Below are positions 51,670 to 61,258 of a DNA stretch of 64,000 nucleotides, piece after piece; position 1 is the first letter of the stretch, and each line of letters starts with the position of its first letter. The position numbers and the translations under genes were made by a program. This DNA is from an uncultured Chloroflexia bacterium. Lineage in GTDB: Bacteria; Chloroflexota; Limnocylindria; Limnocylindrales; CSP1-4. The notes below the pieces were generated by a model that did not search any database, was not told where the DNA came from, and worked only from the letters and a program-made list of their open reading frames with translations. The stretch lies in the NCBI GenBank assembly GCA_963788235.1, contig CAWBFV010000004.1, positions 572,996 to 636,995 of the forward strand, written 5' to 3'.

Positions 51670-52047
51670 ATGAGCCAGCGGACCAACGAGGCAGACATCG
51701 CCGCAGTGATCGAGGTGGTGCGCGTCTATTACGACGGGATGATGGAAGGCGACGCGGCGAAGCTCGGCCGCGCCTTCCATCCGCGGGCGTCCATCGTCGG
51801 CAACGAGGGGGGCGGGCTGTCCTGGTCGACCCTCGAAGAGTTCGCGGCCGAGTGCGAGGGGGCAGTCTCACACGCGGGGCCCTACGAATGGCGAATCGAC
51901 GGCCTCTCGTTCGAGGGCGACACGGCCCTGGTCAGGCTCGGGGGCCAGTTCGCAGGCGTGTGGTACAGCGACGACCTATCCCTCGTTTGGGCCGACGACG
52001 TCTGGCGCATCGTCCACAAGACGTTCTACGCACACCCCGCACGTTGA
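51670..52047 (+). CDS. NTF2-like (lumazine-binding 2/SnoaL) protein
   Basis: IAAVIEVVRVYYDG...AFHPRA...GDTALVR...YSDDLSLV...WRIVHKTF; SD AAGGAGG. Confidence 0.88.
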   Translation: MSQRTNEADIAAVIEVVRVYYDGMMEGDAAKLGRAFHPRASIVGNEGGGLSWSTLEEFAAECEGAVSHAGPYEWRIDGLSFEGDTALVRLGGQFAGVWYSDDLSLVWADDVWRIVHKTFYAHPAR

Positions 52048-52196
52048 GGGGAAGACGCTCCGGGCGATAGCTTCGAGTCGGTGAGGGGATCTCGGTCTCG
52101 CGTCGTCAGACCGTCGTGCGCTGCTGGCAGCGGTGTCACATCGAAGCCTGCGAAAGCTTCATACGGGCGACACGGTGCCTGCGAGAAACGTGCCAC

Positions 52197-52225
52197 TTGA
52201 CAGTAGCCCGTATGTGGCTCATAAC
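52197..52225 (+). promoter_or_regulatory. Sigma70-type promoter
   Basis: TTGACA-N17-CATAAC upstream of the 52262 ORF. Confidence 0.5.
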
Positions 52226-52261
52226 TTGCTACATCGGAGTAGCACATGGGGGTGCTCGCAG

Positions 52262-52816
52262 ATGACGACGGTCCAACCCACTCCGCCTGAGGCAACGCAG
52301 GCAAGCTACTGGCAGCCTCCGTCCACGACCGGCCCGGACTATCAGATCCTCCCACGACTTCGTGCGCGCCTCGTCGTCTTGGTGGCGGCCCTCGTCGTGC
52401 AAGCCACGATCGCGCTGCTCGGGATGCTGCCCGAGCTTCCTGGCGTGCCCAGCCCAAGCGTGTCCGACCCGTACTTCTACGACGTCAGCCAACCGGTGAG
52501 TTTCTGGCTCCAGTTCGCCGTCATGGAGTTCATCGCCGCGATCGTCGTGTCCCTGGCACTTGGCCCGGTCGTGCGCATCGGCGATCTGCCAGCCATCGGG
52601 CGCCTCGTGCTCGGCCTGTGCTTCGTGGCTGTGCCAGCGGCCATGATCGTCCTCGGGGCGATCGACGCCGCCCAGCTCGCGGCCGTGCACGGCCAGGCCG
52701 CGGCTGCCTCGAGCTGGCTGAGGAGCGGCTTCTTCGGGACGCTGTTCTTTGGCTTGCCATTGATCGCGCTGGCCGTCCCTGCCGTGCGAGCACGGTCAAG
52801 TTCGACACCAGCCTGA
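52262..52816 (+). CDS. Hypothetical four-TM membrane protein
   Basis: Four hydrophobic segments; upstream promoter. Confidence 0.6.
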   Translation: MTTVQPTPPEATQASYWQPPSTTGPDYQILPRLRARLVVLVAALVVQATIALLGMLPELPGVPSPSVSDPYFYDVSQPVSFWLQFAVMEFIAAIVVSLALGPVVRIGDLPAIGRLVLGLCFVAVPAAMIVLGAIDAAQLAAVHGQAAAASSWLRSGFFGTLFFGLPLIALAVPAVRARSSSTPA

Positions 52817-52842
52817 CGGGCGATCGATCGCGCCGCGGACAC

Positions 52843-52879
52843 CAAAAGAGCCGGTCGGTCTGTGCCGGCCGGCTCTTTG
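52843..52879. terminator. Bidirectional rho-independent terminator
   Basis: AAAAGAGCCGGTCGG-TCTGTG-CCGGCCGGCTCTTT with T-tails on both strands, between convergent genes. Confidence 0.85.
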
Positions 52880-52894
52880 TGGCGCGTTGCGTCG

Positions 52895-53569
52895 TTAGTC
52901 GACGTACTGGAGCGGTGTCACCTTGAAGTCCGCGGGAAGCTTCACGCCGGTGGCGTGGTTCGGGCAGTAGCCGTTCGGGACCTTGTCGAGGTACTGCTGG
53001 TGGTAGTCCTCGGCGTAGAAGAACGCCGTCGACGGCTCGGTGATCTCGGTCGTGATCTGGCCGTAGCCGGCCGCGCTCAGTCGCTCCTGGTACATGTCGC
53101 GTGACAGCTCGGCGATGCGCCGCTGCTCGGCGTTGGCCGGGATGATGATCGAGCGGTACTGCGTGCCGACGTCATTGCCCTGGCGCATGTCCTGGGTGGG
53201 GTCGTGGTACTCCCAGAAGGTCTTGAGGAGCCCCTCGTACGAGATCCGCTTGGGATCGAACGCGACCTGCACCGCCTCGGCGTGGCCGGTCTTGCCGGAG
53301 CAGGCCTCGCGGTACGTCGGGTTCGGCGTGTAGCCACCGGCGTAGCCGACCGCCGTGCTGACGACACCGGGGAGCTGCCAGAACGCCTTCTCGGCGCCCC
53401 AGAAGCAGCCGAGGCCGAAGATCGCGGTCTCGGTCCCCTCGGGCCACGGGCCGGCGATCGGTGTGCCGAGGACGGTATGGAGGCCGGGCTCGACGATCGG
53501 GTCTGGACGGCCCGGGAGGGCATCATCGGGATTGGGCATGGATGGGGTGCGGAAACCGAAGAACTGCAT
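52895..53569 (-). CDS. msrA: Peptide-methionine (S)-S-oxide reductase
   Basis: [15 protein letters not shown]...NPTY, TGHAE, HDPTQ...[22 protein letters not shown]...GYC. Confidence 0.97.
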   Translation of the reverse strand: MQFFGFRTPSMPNPDDALPGRPDPIVEPGLHTVLGTPIAGPWPEGTETAIFGLGCFWGAEKAFWQLPGVVSTAVGYAGGYTPNPTYREACSGKTGHAEAVQVAFDPKRISYEGLLKTFWEYHDPTQDMRQGNDVGTQYRSIIIPANAEQRRIAELSRDMYQERLSAAGYGQITTEITEPSTAFFYAEDYHQQYLDKVPNGYCPNHATGVKLPADFKVTPLQYVD

Positions 53570-53640
53570 GCCCGGAGTGTACGGTCGAAATGCGTCGATC
53601 CGGTGACATTCGAGGGGACGCGACGGTAGCATCGCGGCTC

Positions 53641-54477
53641 GTGACGACCGGGCTCGAGGACGCGCTGCACGCGATCGACGACTGGGGCGCGGACCACGCC
53701 GCCACCGCCTTCGTCGGTCCGGCCGGCGTGATCGCCCAGCACGGCGACATCGAGCACGTCTTCCGCTGGGCATCGATCACCAAGCTCGCGACCGCGTTGG
53801 CCGTTTTGGCCGCGGTGGACGATGGCTCGATCGGGCTCGACGAGCCCGCCGGGCCTCCGGGATCGACCGTTCGACACCTGCTTGCTCACGCCTCGGGGCT
53901 GTCGTTCGATGGCATGCCGATCGCCGCACCGGGGACACGGCGGATCTACTCGAACGCCGGGTTCGATGTGCTCGGCAGTGTGCTCGCGGAGCGGTCGAAC
54001 GAGCCGTTCATCGACGTGCTGGCGGCCCGCGTCCTGGCTCCGCTGGGCATGACCGCCACGGTGCTCGACGGCCAACCGTCATCGGGGCTCTACGGCCCGC
54101 TGCGCGACGCGGTGGCGCTCGCCCGCGAGCTGCTCCGACCGACGATCGTCAGCGCCGAGACGATGTCCCTCGCCACGACCGTAGCGTTTCCCGGGCTCAA
54201 GGGCCTGTTGCCGGGTGTCGGGACGTTCGATCCGCTCGATTGGGGTCTCGGTTTCGAGTTGCGCGACGCCAAGGTCCCGCATTGGACCGCCACGGCCAAT
54301 TCGGCTGCGACGTTCGGCCACTTCGGGGGGTCGGGTACGTTCATCTGGGTCGATCCGCTGCTGGATCGATCGCTCGTCTGTCTGACCGATCGCGACTACG
54401 GGCCGTGGGCGCTCGAGGCCTGGCCGGCCTTGTCCGACGACGTCATCTCGACGGCACCGGTGGCATACTCGCCCTGA
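53641..54477 (+). CDS. Serine hydrolase, beta-lactamase/class C family
   Basis: WASITKL (SxxK), [15 protein letters not shown] (YxN), FGHFGGSG. Confidence 0.9.
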   Translation: MTTGLEDALHAIDDWGADHAATAFVGPAGVIAQHGDIEHVFRWASITKLATALAVLAAVDDGSIGLDEPAGPPGSTVRHLLAHASGLSFDGMPIAAPGTRRIYSNAGFDVLGSVLAERSNEPFIDVLAARVLAPLGMTATVLDGQPSSGLYGPLRDAVALARELLRPTIVSAETMSLATTVAFPGLKGLLPGVGTFDPLDWGLGFELRDAKVPHWTATANSAATFGHFGGSGTFIWVDPLLDRSLVCLTDRDYGPWALEAWPALSDDVISTAPVAYSP

Positions 54478-54495
54478 TCCCAGAGGAGGGGTGGA

Positions 54496-54909
54496 TTGCA
54501 GTCTCCCAGTGAAAGCTTGCGCGCGGTCTCCGATGCGCTGCTGCAGGACCTCGAGGCGCTCCTCGCCGCCGAGCAGGAGAAGCGCAACGTCGCTCCCGAC
54601 GACCCGCGGCTGATGACGCTGGCGAACGAGGTCGATGCGATCGCCCAGCGGGTGCTCGGCCTGACGGAGCGCCAGCAGGACATCGCCGCAGAAGTCCACG
54701 ACCTCGCTGCCGAGGGTGGCCCTGGCGCGCCGATCGAGGCGATCGAAGACACGGTGCGGCCGATCGGCGTGATCCTCGCCGAGTGGCGCGCCGCAGAGCG
54801 CGAGGCGACGACGCTCGCGGAGGGGTCGCCCCAGGCCGCCGCGGCTCGCAACGCCGCCGATCGGCTTCGCGACGAGTACCGCCGAGCCTACGAATCCCGC
54901 CGAAGATGA
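54496..54909 (+). CDS. Helical hypothetical protein with a duplicated hairpin (EWRAAER motif)
   Basis: TTG start with SD GAGGAGG; ...LAEWRAAEREATTLAEGSPQ...LRDEYRRAY; ATGA overlap with the next gene. Confidence 0.75.
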   Translation: MQSPSESLRAVSDALLQDLEALLAAEQEKRNVAPDDPRLMTLANEVDAIAQRVLGLTERQQDIAAEVHDLAAEGGPGAPIEAIEDTVRPIGVILAEWRAAEREATTLAEGSPQAAAARNAADRLRDEYRRAYESRRR

Positions 54910-55253
54910 TCGACGACGACCAGATCGACCCGACCGTCCCGCCAAGCGGACCCGGCTGCGTCGAGTGCCTGGCCACGGACGGCTGGTGGTTCCATCTCCG
55001 CCGATGCGCGCGTTGCGGGCACATCGGTTGCTGTGACTCGTCGCCCTCGCAGCACGCCATGCACCACGCGCTCGGCAGCGGGCACCGCGTGATCCACAGC
55101 TTCGAACCCAACGAGGACTGGTTCTGGGATTACGTCGACGAGGTCGACTTCGGCGGACCGGCCCTCGCGCCGCCCGTCCATCACCCGCTCGACCAGCCCA
55201 CGCCCGGGCCCGCGGGACGCGTGCCGCAAGACTGGGAGATGCACCTCCATTGA
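54906..55253 (+). CDS. UBP-type zinc finger domain protein
   Basis: GCVECLATDGWWFHLRRCARCGHIGCCDSSPSQHAMHH...SFEPNEDWFWDY. Confidence 0.92.
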   Translation: MIDDDQIDPTVPPSGPGCVECLATDGWWFHLRRCARCGHIGCCDSSPSQHAMHHALGSGHRVIHSFEPNEDWFWDYVDEVDFGGPALAPPVHHPLDQPTPGPAGRVPQDWEMHLH

Positions 55254-55759
55254 CCGGATCTGGATCACCACCGACGCCACCGGTCGCTGCGCCGCCGCGC
55301 GATCACCCCTACCTCGCGGAGATCGACGCCGAGCGGATCGGCTGGTACACGCTCACTGACCTCGTTCGGCGGTTGACGCCTGACGAATGCGTCGTACCCG
55401 GCTACTACCGCGATCCGGACTGGTCGGTCAGGGATGTCGTGGCCCACGTGGGCACATGGCTCGCGGAGGCCGAGAACCAGTTCGAACGAATCAGCGCCGG
55501 CACCTACGAGGGCCACGACATCGACATCGACGCGGTGAACGCCCGGCTCCTCGAGGCGATGCGCGGTCAACCGTGGGACGTCGCGTGGACCCAGGCGAAC
55601 GCCGCCCGGAGCCGGATGATCTCGGAGTGGTCGAAGCTTCGCGAGCCGAGCGACGAGGCCGCGTGGTGGATCCGCAAGGCCGGATCGGATCATTACGCGG
55701 AGCACCTGGGCCGCCTGCGCGAATGGGTCGACGACCTCGTGGGCCGGCGAGCGGGCTGA
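55250..55759 (+). CDS. DinB/MDMPI-like (maleylpyruvate isomerase N-terminal) metal-binding helical protein
   Basis: WSVRDVVAHVGTW...DHYAEH. Confidence 0.82.
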   Translation: MTGSGSPPTPPVAAPPRDHPYLAEIDAERIGWYTLTDLVRRLTPDECVVPGYYRDPDWSVRDVVAHVGTWLAEAENQFERISAGTYEGHDIDIDAVNARLLEAMRGQPWDVAWTQANAARSRMISEWSKLREPSDEAAWWIRKAGSDHYAEHLGRLREWVDDLVGRRAG

Positions 55760-55926
55760 GCTCGGCGCGATGCAAGCGCGGTAACGAAGGCCCATAGCCA
55801 GCGACTCCTGAGCGGTCGGCCGATATGCCGCCGACAGGCGCGGCGCGCTGCCCGCTACGCGGACGATGGTCGGTCCTGCCCTACGGTGGCGGCGCCACTC
55901 GATAGGGATTGGAGGTCCGACCACCG

Positions 55927-56013
55927 ATGCGAGGCATCATCGTGTTCCTGGCGATCCTGCTGCTGGGCGGCGGGTTCTTCTGGGCGCTCGTCGGCGGCTG
56001 CGTCGCCTCCTGA
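55927..56013 (+). CDS. 28-aa single-TM micro-protein
   Basis: Own translation: MRGIIVFLAILLLGGGFFWALVGGCVAS*; GGAGG at 55911-55915; TACGGT -10-like at 55882. Below the ORF-track cutoff. Confidence 0.55.
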   Translation: MRGIIVFLAILLLGGGFFWALVGGCVAS

Positions 56014-56395
56014 CCCGGCCGTGCGCGGCTCAGCGTCGGCCGCGCCGCGTCGGATAGGTGAGGCCCCCGACACGACCACCGGGGGACGCTGGTCGACGTC
56101 GAGGGCCTCGCATGGGAAACGCTGGGCGGACTGTACGCGTTAGGTGTCCCGCGGTATAGACGTGTGGCATCACACCGGTGTCGGGCGTCACCGCGGCGCG
56201 TGGCGCGTCACGTCGCTGTAATGCCCGCGAGCAGCGACATCCGTCCGGATTGCGATGCCCGACGCCTACGGTGAAGGTCCTCGACGGCGACCGCGGAGGC
56301 GGGGGGACGTCGTCGATCGGGCGCCTCGGCGGAACCTCCGTTGGGCCGAGGCGCCCCTCCCTCCCAACAGGCGCCAGCGATCTGGCGCGCCATCG

Positions 56396-56584
56396 TCACG
56401 GCTTCGCCCGACGACCGTTGGTCGCCAGGAGGACCGAGAAGCCGGCACGCTCGAGGGCTGTTCGGAAGAACGCCCTGATGCCCTGGTCGTCGTCGGCGAC
56501 GACGACGATGGGTCGATCCGACGACGCCGCAGCCTGAGGCGGATGTGGGGGCGATCCCGAGGTTCCCGGTTCCGAGGTCTCCAT
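56396..56584 (-). pseudogene. Truncated response-regulator receiver domain
   Basis: RPIVVVADDDQGIRAFFRTALERAGFSVLLATNG then stop; a shifted frame gives only EAVTMARQI, with no phospho-Asp segment afterwards. Confidence 0.6.
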
Positions 56585-56793
56585 GCACCTCCGGGCTGGC
56601 TCGCGCGTTTGCGAGGCGGCAAGGACGGTGGCAGGGATCCCGATCGCGGTGAAGCTCGGGGCCCCTGCCGAGCCCGACAGTGGAGGTGGGGGCGCCTACG
56701 CGCGAGGAGATATTTCCGCGACTTCTGCGACGCCGATCGTCGTCCCGCCGTCGTCCGCCGGCATCCGGCAGGCGTGGGCTGCCGCGAGCGGTC

Positions 56794-57495
56794 CTAGAGG
56801 GTGGCGATCTCGAGTTGTTCAGGCCGGAGCAGTCGGAGGCCGGCGCGGCCGACGCGCGCGATCGTCCCCTCGCGCTCCAGCTGGCGCAGGACGTGTCCGG
56901 TCATCTCGCGGCTGGTGCCGACCAGCCCAGGCAGATGCGTCCTCGTGAGGACGGGCGGCTCGTCGAAGAACAGGGTCCGATACTGGGCGAGGACGCGTAG
57001 CACGCGAAGTCGGGCATCCTGATGCAGGAACCCTTCGATCCGCTCGACGGTCTGGTGCAGCGACCACGCCATCGAGTCGATGGCGCCGAGCGCCAGACCC
57101 GGATCGGCGGCGGCCAGCGCTCGTACCTCGTCACCGGGCCACTGGCCGATCTTGCATTCCGTCAGTGCCACGAGCTCGACGCTCGAGGGGACCGATGCAA
57201 GACCCGACCAGCCGAACAACACACCCGCCTGGGCCACGCCGCTGACGAGCTCCTTGCCGCCACTCGTGGTGCGCCGTGCGGCGCCGTATCCCTCCACGAT
57301 CAGCGTCAGCGGCACGGGCTCGCCCTGTCGATAGATGAACTCGCCCGAGTGCACGTCACGACGCCGGGCGGTATCGATCATCCGGTCGATGGTCTCGATG
57401 CGGGCGCTCGGCAGCGCTCGTTCAAGGTAGTCCCGCAGTGATGGACGAGACGGCTTCGGCTGCGCCACGACGGCCGCTTGTACGGTCGCGGTCAC
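56794..57495 (-). CDS. Crp/Fnr-family transcriptional regulator
   Basis: GEFIYRQGE, LIVEG, LFGWSGL, VALTEC and HTH LTRTHLPGLVGTSREMTGHVLRQLEREGTI. Confidence 0.88.
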   Translation of the reverse strand: MTATVQAAVVAQPKPSRPSLRDYLERALPSARIETIDRMIDTARRRDVHSGEFIYRQGEPVPLTLIVEGYGAARRTTSGGKELVSGVAQAGVLFGWSGLASVPSSVELVALTECKIGQWPGDEVRALAAADPGLALGAIDSMAWSLHQTVERIEGFLHQDARLRVLRVLAQYRTLFFDEPPVLTRTHLPGLVGTSREMTGHVLRQLEREGTIARVGRAGLRLLRPEQLEIATL

Positions 57496-57763
57496 GCGTC
57501 CCCCGGTCGGTACATGGTGAACAGGGTACGTGAGATCCGTCGCATCGGTCGTGATGCCCCGGCCGATCCGCGACGAGCTCGCCGCTGGGGGGAAAGCGGT
57601 AAGGATGTCGGCAGACCGAACCGGGGCGAGGCCAGCCTAGGTCGCGCGGTTGCGTCCCGCCATGGACGAACGTCCCGCGCCGGAACCGACGCGAGAGGAC
57701 ATTCGATCCGCGGGCCGCAGCGCGTTGACAAGACGCACCGCGCAGCTGCCCAATACGCGTCCG

Positions 57764-58012
57764 ATGTCAGAGATCAGCGAGGCCCTCGAGGCTTGGCGCA
57801 AAGCCGCCCGCGACCTCGACGCAACCACGCCCTCGACCGCTGACTGGCTACGGGCTCGGATGGTCGAGGCTGAGCTCCGCAGCGCATACCAATCGCTCGT
57901 GGGCGATCCGCGAGCCGATGAACGGCCGGCCAGGGGCGTCGACGTCGACGAACCGATTCGTCCGGCTGATCGGGAGCGTCGAACGTCGGTCGGACGCCCG
58001 GATCGCCCGTAA
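57764..58012 (+). CDS. Small helical hypothetical protein (WRxAxR motif)
   Basis: MSEISEALEAWRKAARDLDATTPSTADWLRARMVEAELRSAYQSL; aligns by eye with the 54496 C-terminal hairpin. Confidence 0.55.
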   Translation: MSEISEALEAWRKAARDLDATTPSTADWLRARMVEAELRSAYQSLVGDPRADERPARGVDVDEPIRPADRERRTSVGRPDRP

Positions 58013-58058
58013 CCGGGCCTTCCGCGCGCGTCAAAACCCCTAGGAGTCCGAGGGTCAG

Positions 58059-58451
58059 ATGCCACCGTCTCCGGCCATTCGTGCTGCGGGGGTGACGTAT
58101 GTCGCCCTGGGGCTGGGGTTTGGCGTGGGCGCGCTCGTCGCGCTGGCACGCCTCGCTCGTGACGGCGAACTCCCGATGACGCCGTGGGGCTTCCGAGCGC
58201 TGAGCGGGCCGTTCGAGCGACTCGGCCCGCAACAGTTCACCGCGCTCGGCTTGGGTCTGGCGGGCGTCTGCGCGCTGGATGTCGTCGCGGGCGTCTGGCT
58301 CTGGCAGGGACGGAAGCGGGGCGCGAACCTGGGACTCGCGACGACCCTGCCGGCGCTCACGCTCGGCGCGGGGTTCGCGTTGCCGTTCCTTCTGATCGGC
58401 GTTCCGATTCGTGTCGCCCTCGTCCTGGCAGGGCGTCGGACCCTTCGCTGA
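58059..58451 (+). CDS. Hypothetical membrane protein
   Basis: Three to four hydrophobic segments; GELPMTPWGFRALSGPFE loop. Confidence 0.7.
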   Translation: MPPSPAIRAAGVTYVALGLGFGVGALVALARLARDGELPMTPWGFRALSGPFERLGPQQFTALGLGLAGVCALDVVAGVWLWQGRKRGANLGLATTLPALTLGAGFALPFLLIGVPIRVALVLAGRRTLR

Positions 58452-58469
58452 AGAGGGTTTGGATCCAGC

Positions 58470-58964
58470 CTAGCGTCTGAACCGCGGGATCCAGCGGGGA
58501 GTGGCAGCGCTATAGGCGGCGTATTGCTCGCCATAGACCTGACGCAGGGTCGGCTCCTCGTAGAGCCGCACGAAGGTGTGGAACGCAGCGGCGACGACGA
58601 CCCCGTATAGGGCGACGCCCCAGCTGGCGAAGAGAACGGCCTGGCCGACGATCAGGGCGGTGACCGCGACGTACATCGGATTGCGGACGACGCGGTAGAG
58701 GCCGCTGACTACGAGGGTACGGGTGGGCGCGATCGGCGCCGGGGTGCCAAGCCCCTCCCAGGCGAAGCGGGCGAAGGCTTCAAGGACGACAGCGAGACCC
58801 GCGACGATCAGGATGAGGCCGGTCCAGCGGAGGGCGCCAGGGCCGTCGCCCGGCGGCAGCGGGCGCCACTGGGTGATCAGCCAGGGGATCAGGCCGGCGA
58901 CCCCGCCGGGGGCGAGGACGAGGAAGGCGAGACTGCCAAGCGCCGCCTTCACCCGATCCGCCAT
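58470..58964 (-). CDS. PEMT/ICMT-family membrane methyltransferase
   Basis: EGLGTPAP...LVVSGLYRVVRNPMYV...YEEPTL...YGEQYAAY...TPRWIPR. Confidence 0.9.
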   Translation of the reverse strand: MADRVKAALGSLAFLVLAPGGVAGLIPWLITQWRPLPPGDGPGALRWTGLILIVAGLAVVLEAFARFAWEGLGTPAPIAPTRTLVVSGLYRVVRNPMYVAVTALIVGQAVLFASWGVALYGVVVAAAFHTFVRLYEEPTLRQVYGEQYAAYSAATPRWIPRFRR

Positions 58965-59164
58965 TTCCGCTCCCCGGTGATCGCCGAACTCCGTCCACCT
59001 TGGAGCCACGGCCGGTAGGCCGCAAGCGGTAATCCCCGTAAGGGCAACCAGTGAGTACCCGGGCGCGATCTGAGGGACGGGGCGCGACCCTTTCAACGTC
59101 GTCACCGATCGCTGCGCCAAGCGACGGCATCAGATCCACTCGGTCACCCCAGAGGAGGGACACG

Positions 59165-60415
59165 ATGACCATGACCATGGAGGCGGGTGTCGACATCCGC
59201 CCATTCCACATCGACATCCCACAAGGGCAGCTCGACGATCTCCGCGCGAGGCTGAAGGCGGCCCGATTGCCGACCAAGGAGCTCGTGGCTGACGCGTCGC
59301 AGGGCGTACAGCTGGCGACGCTCGAGTCGGTCGCCCGTTACTGGGCGAACGACTACGACTGGCGCAAGGTCGAGGCGAAGCTCAACGGGCTGCCCCAGTA
59401 CAAGACCAACATCGACGGCCTCGACGTCCACTTCATCCACGTGAAGTCACGACACGAGAACGCCCTGCCACTGATCATCACGCACGGCTGGCCGGGCTCG
59501 GTGATCGAGATGCTTGACGTCATCGGCCCCCTCACCGACCCGACCGCGTACGGCGGGACCGAGGCCGATGCGTTCCACGTCGTGATCCCGTCCCTGCCCG
59601 GCTTTGGGTTCTCGGACCAGCCGACCGAACTGGGCTGGAGCGGCAACCGGATCGCGCAGGCCTGGGCCGAGCTGATGACACGCCTCGGCTACACGCGGTA
59701 CGTGGCACAGGGCGGCGACCAGGGCGCGACCGTCACCGACGCGATGGCGCGCCAGGCGCCCGCGGGGCTCGTCGGGATCCACCTGAACCTGCTCAGCGCG
59801 TTCCCGACCGAGGTCGGCGCGGCGCTCTTTGGCGACACGTTCGCGATGGGCCTCGTCAAGCGTGCCGTGGTCGGCGTCATAGCGTCGCGCGCCGAGAAGG
59901 AGCCGGAGGCGCTCGCCGGGATCGAGCGAACGTTCCGGGCCGGGTACATCGCCGAGATGAACACCAAGCCGCAGACGATCGGCTACGGCTCGATGGATCC
60001 GCTCGCGATGGCCGCCTGGATCCTCGACCACGACGCCGACAGCTACGCGAAGATCTCGAAGGCGTTCCTCGATGGCCAGCCGACCGGGGGCCTCAGCCGG
60101 GACCACGTCCTCGACAACATCACGCTCTATTGGCTGACGAACACGTCGACGTCCGCGGCACGGCTCTACTGGGAGAACTTCCAGAACATCGTGGCTGCCC
60201 TCGCCTCGGGGCAGAAGGCGCCTGATATCAAGGTGTCGACCGGGTTCACGGTCTTCCCGCAGGAGCTGTTCAAGGCCCCGCGCGTCTGGGCCGAGAAGGT
60301 CTACCCCAACCTCACGTATTTCAACGAGGCACCGAAGGGTGGCCACTTCGCCGCCTGGGAAGAGCCGCAGGTCTTCTCCGAGGAGCTGCGCAGGGCGTTC
60401 CAGTCGGTGCGCTGA
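59165..60415 (+). CDS. Epoxide hydrolase (EHN + alpha/beta hydrolase)
   Basis: IRPFHIDIP...DDLRARL, YDWR, VHFIHV, THGWPGS, PSLPGFGFS, AQGGDQG, GGHFAAWEEP; SD GAGGAGG. Confidence 0.94.
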   Translation: MTMTMEAGVDIRPFHIDIPQGQLDDLRARLKAARLPTKELVADASQGVQLATLESVARYWANDYDWRKVEAKLNGLPQYKTNIDGLDVHFIHVKSRHENALPLIITHGWPGSVIEMLDVIGPLTDPTAYGGTEADAFHVVIPSLPGFGFSDQPTELGWSGNRIAQAWAELMTRLGYTRYVAQGGDQGATVTDAMARQAPAGLVGIHLNLLSAFPTEVGAALFGDTFAMGLVKRAVVGVIASRAEKEPEALAGIERTFRAGYIAEMNTKPQTIGYGSMDPLAMAAWILDHDADSYAKISKAFLDGQPTGGLSRDHVLDNITLYWLTNTSTSAARLYWENFQNIVAALASGQKAPDIKVSTGFTVFPQELFKAPRVWAEKVYPNLTYFNEAPKGGHFAAWEEPQVFSEELRRAFQSVR

Positions 60416-60483
60416 CCGGAACGCGTGATCCCGGCGGGCGGCAGGCGATCGGTCCGCCGCCTGCCGGCCCCACCCCAAATCAC

Positions 60484-60515
60484 AACGGCCCTCGGAGTCA
60501 CCTCCGGGGGCCGTT
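60484..60515 (-). terminator. Hairpin directly downstream (minus strand) of the tRNA fragment
   Basis: AACGGCCCTCGGAG-TCAC-CTCCGGGGGCCGTT; also serves the convergent epoxide hydrolase. Confidence 0.7.
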
Positions 60516-60530
60516 CGTGTTTCGGAATGA

Positions 60531-60558
60531 TGGCTGGCGAGGAAGGATTTGAACCTTC
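60531..60558 (-). tRNA. 3' fragment (T-arm + acceptor strand + CCA) of a tRNA-Gln-like gene; probable att-site remnant, not an intact tRNA
   Basis: Minus strand GAAGG-TTCAAAT-CCTTC-CTCGCCA-G-CCA; no D-arm or anticodon arm upstream. Confidence 0.8.
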
Positions 60559-61017
60559 CGCGTCGGGGCATTCCGTCGAGTCGGGGCAGGCCGACGCCAA
60601 GAAGCCAGCGGAAGGCGACGAGCACGATCGCGACGCCGAGGATCCCGTAGATCGCCTGGAGCGGCGGCTCGTTGCTATAGCCGATGATCGCGACTTCGAC
60701 CGCGACCCAGATGAGCAGACCAGCCCCGACGACGAAGGCGGCGGTCGGCGCGAGCGGATGTCGGAGCCAGACAAGGCGAGCCGCGACAAGCGGCCCGAGT
60801 CCCAGGACGCCGAACAGGACCAGCCCCGGCACTAGGTAGGTGTCGAACGGCGAACCGGCCAGCGCCGACAGCGGCAGCGGCATGATCTCGCCCCGGGGCG
60901 CGATCTCAGGACCAGGCCTCCGCCCAGCGCGCCGATGCTCAGGAGGACCTCGAGAACCACGGCCGACTTCGCCACCCGGCTCAGTGGCTGAATGCGGTGA
61001 TGGGTCGACGTGGACAT
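60559..61017 (-). pseudogene. Four-TM membrane protein; frameshift near 60905; 3' end runs into the tRNA fragment without a stop
   Basis: MSTSTHH...LEVLLSIGALGGGL / LPLSALAGSPFDTYLVPGLVLFGVLG...LLIWVAVEVAIIG...LQAIYG. Confidence 0.65.
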
Positions 61018-61258
61018 GGCGTGTGCTCCAGGTGCGTATCGGAATCCAAGGCGGGTCGACGTCATCAGACACCCAGCGGGCGGTGGGCGATAGGGCCAAG
61101 TGGCGCGTGATGGAGGCGAAGTGGCCCTATGGCGCGAAGGGGCCGCGGTCGATGCTGGTCGTGGCGCATCAGGCGCCGCGACCGAACAACGAGGTGTCCG
61201 ATGCACCCGATCCCGAACCGACTCGCCTCCGTTCCACGCACCTCGAAGGATGAAAGCC

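Noticed and set aside
52180-52195. TGCGA-N6-TGCCA as another regulon box
   Set aside because: It abuts a TTGACA -35 and lacks a convincing -10 at the 44-45 bp spacing; may be coincidental.
60531-60600. Intact tRNA gene
   Set aside because: An upstream TGGCGTC only partly pairs with the acceptor strand and no D-arm or anticodon arm can be folded; kept as a fragment only.
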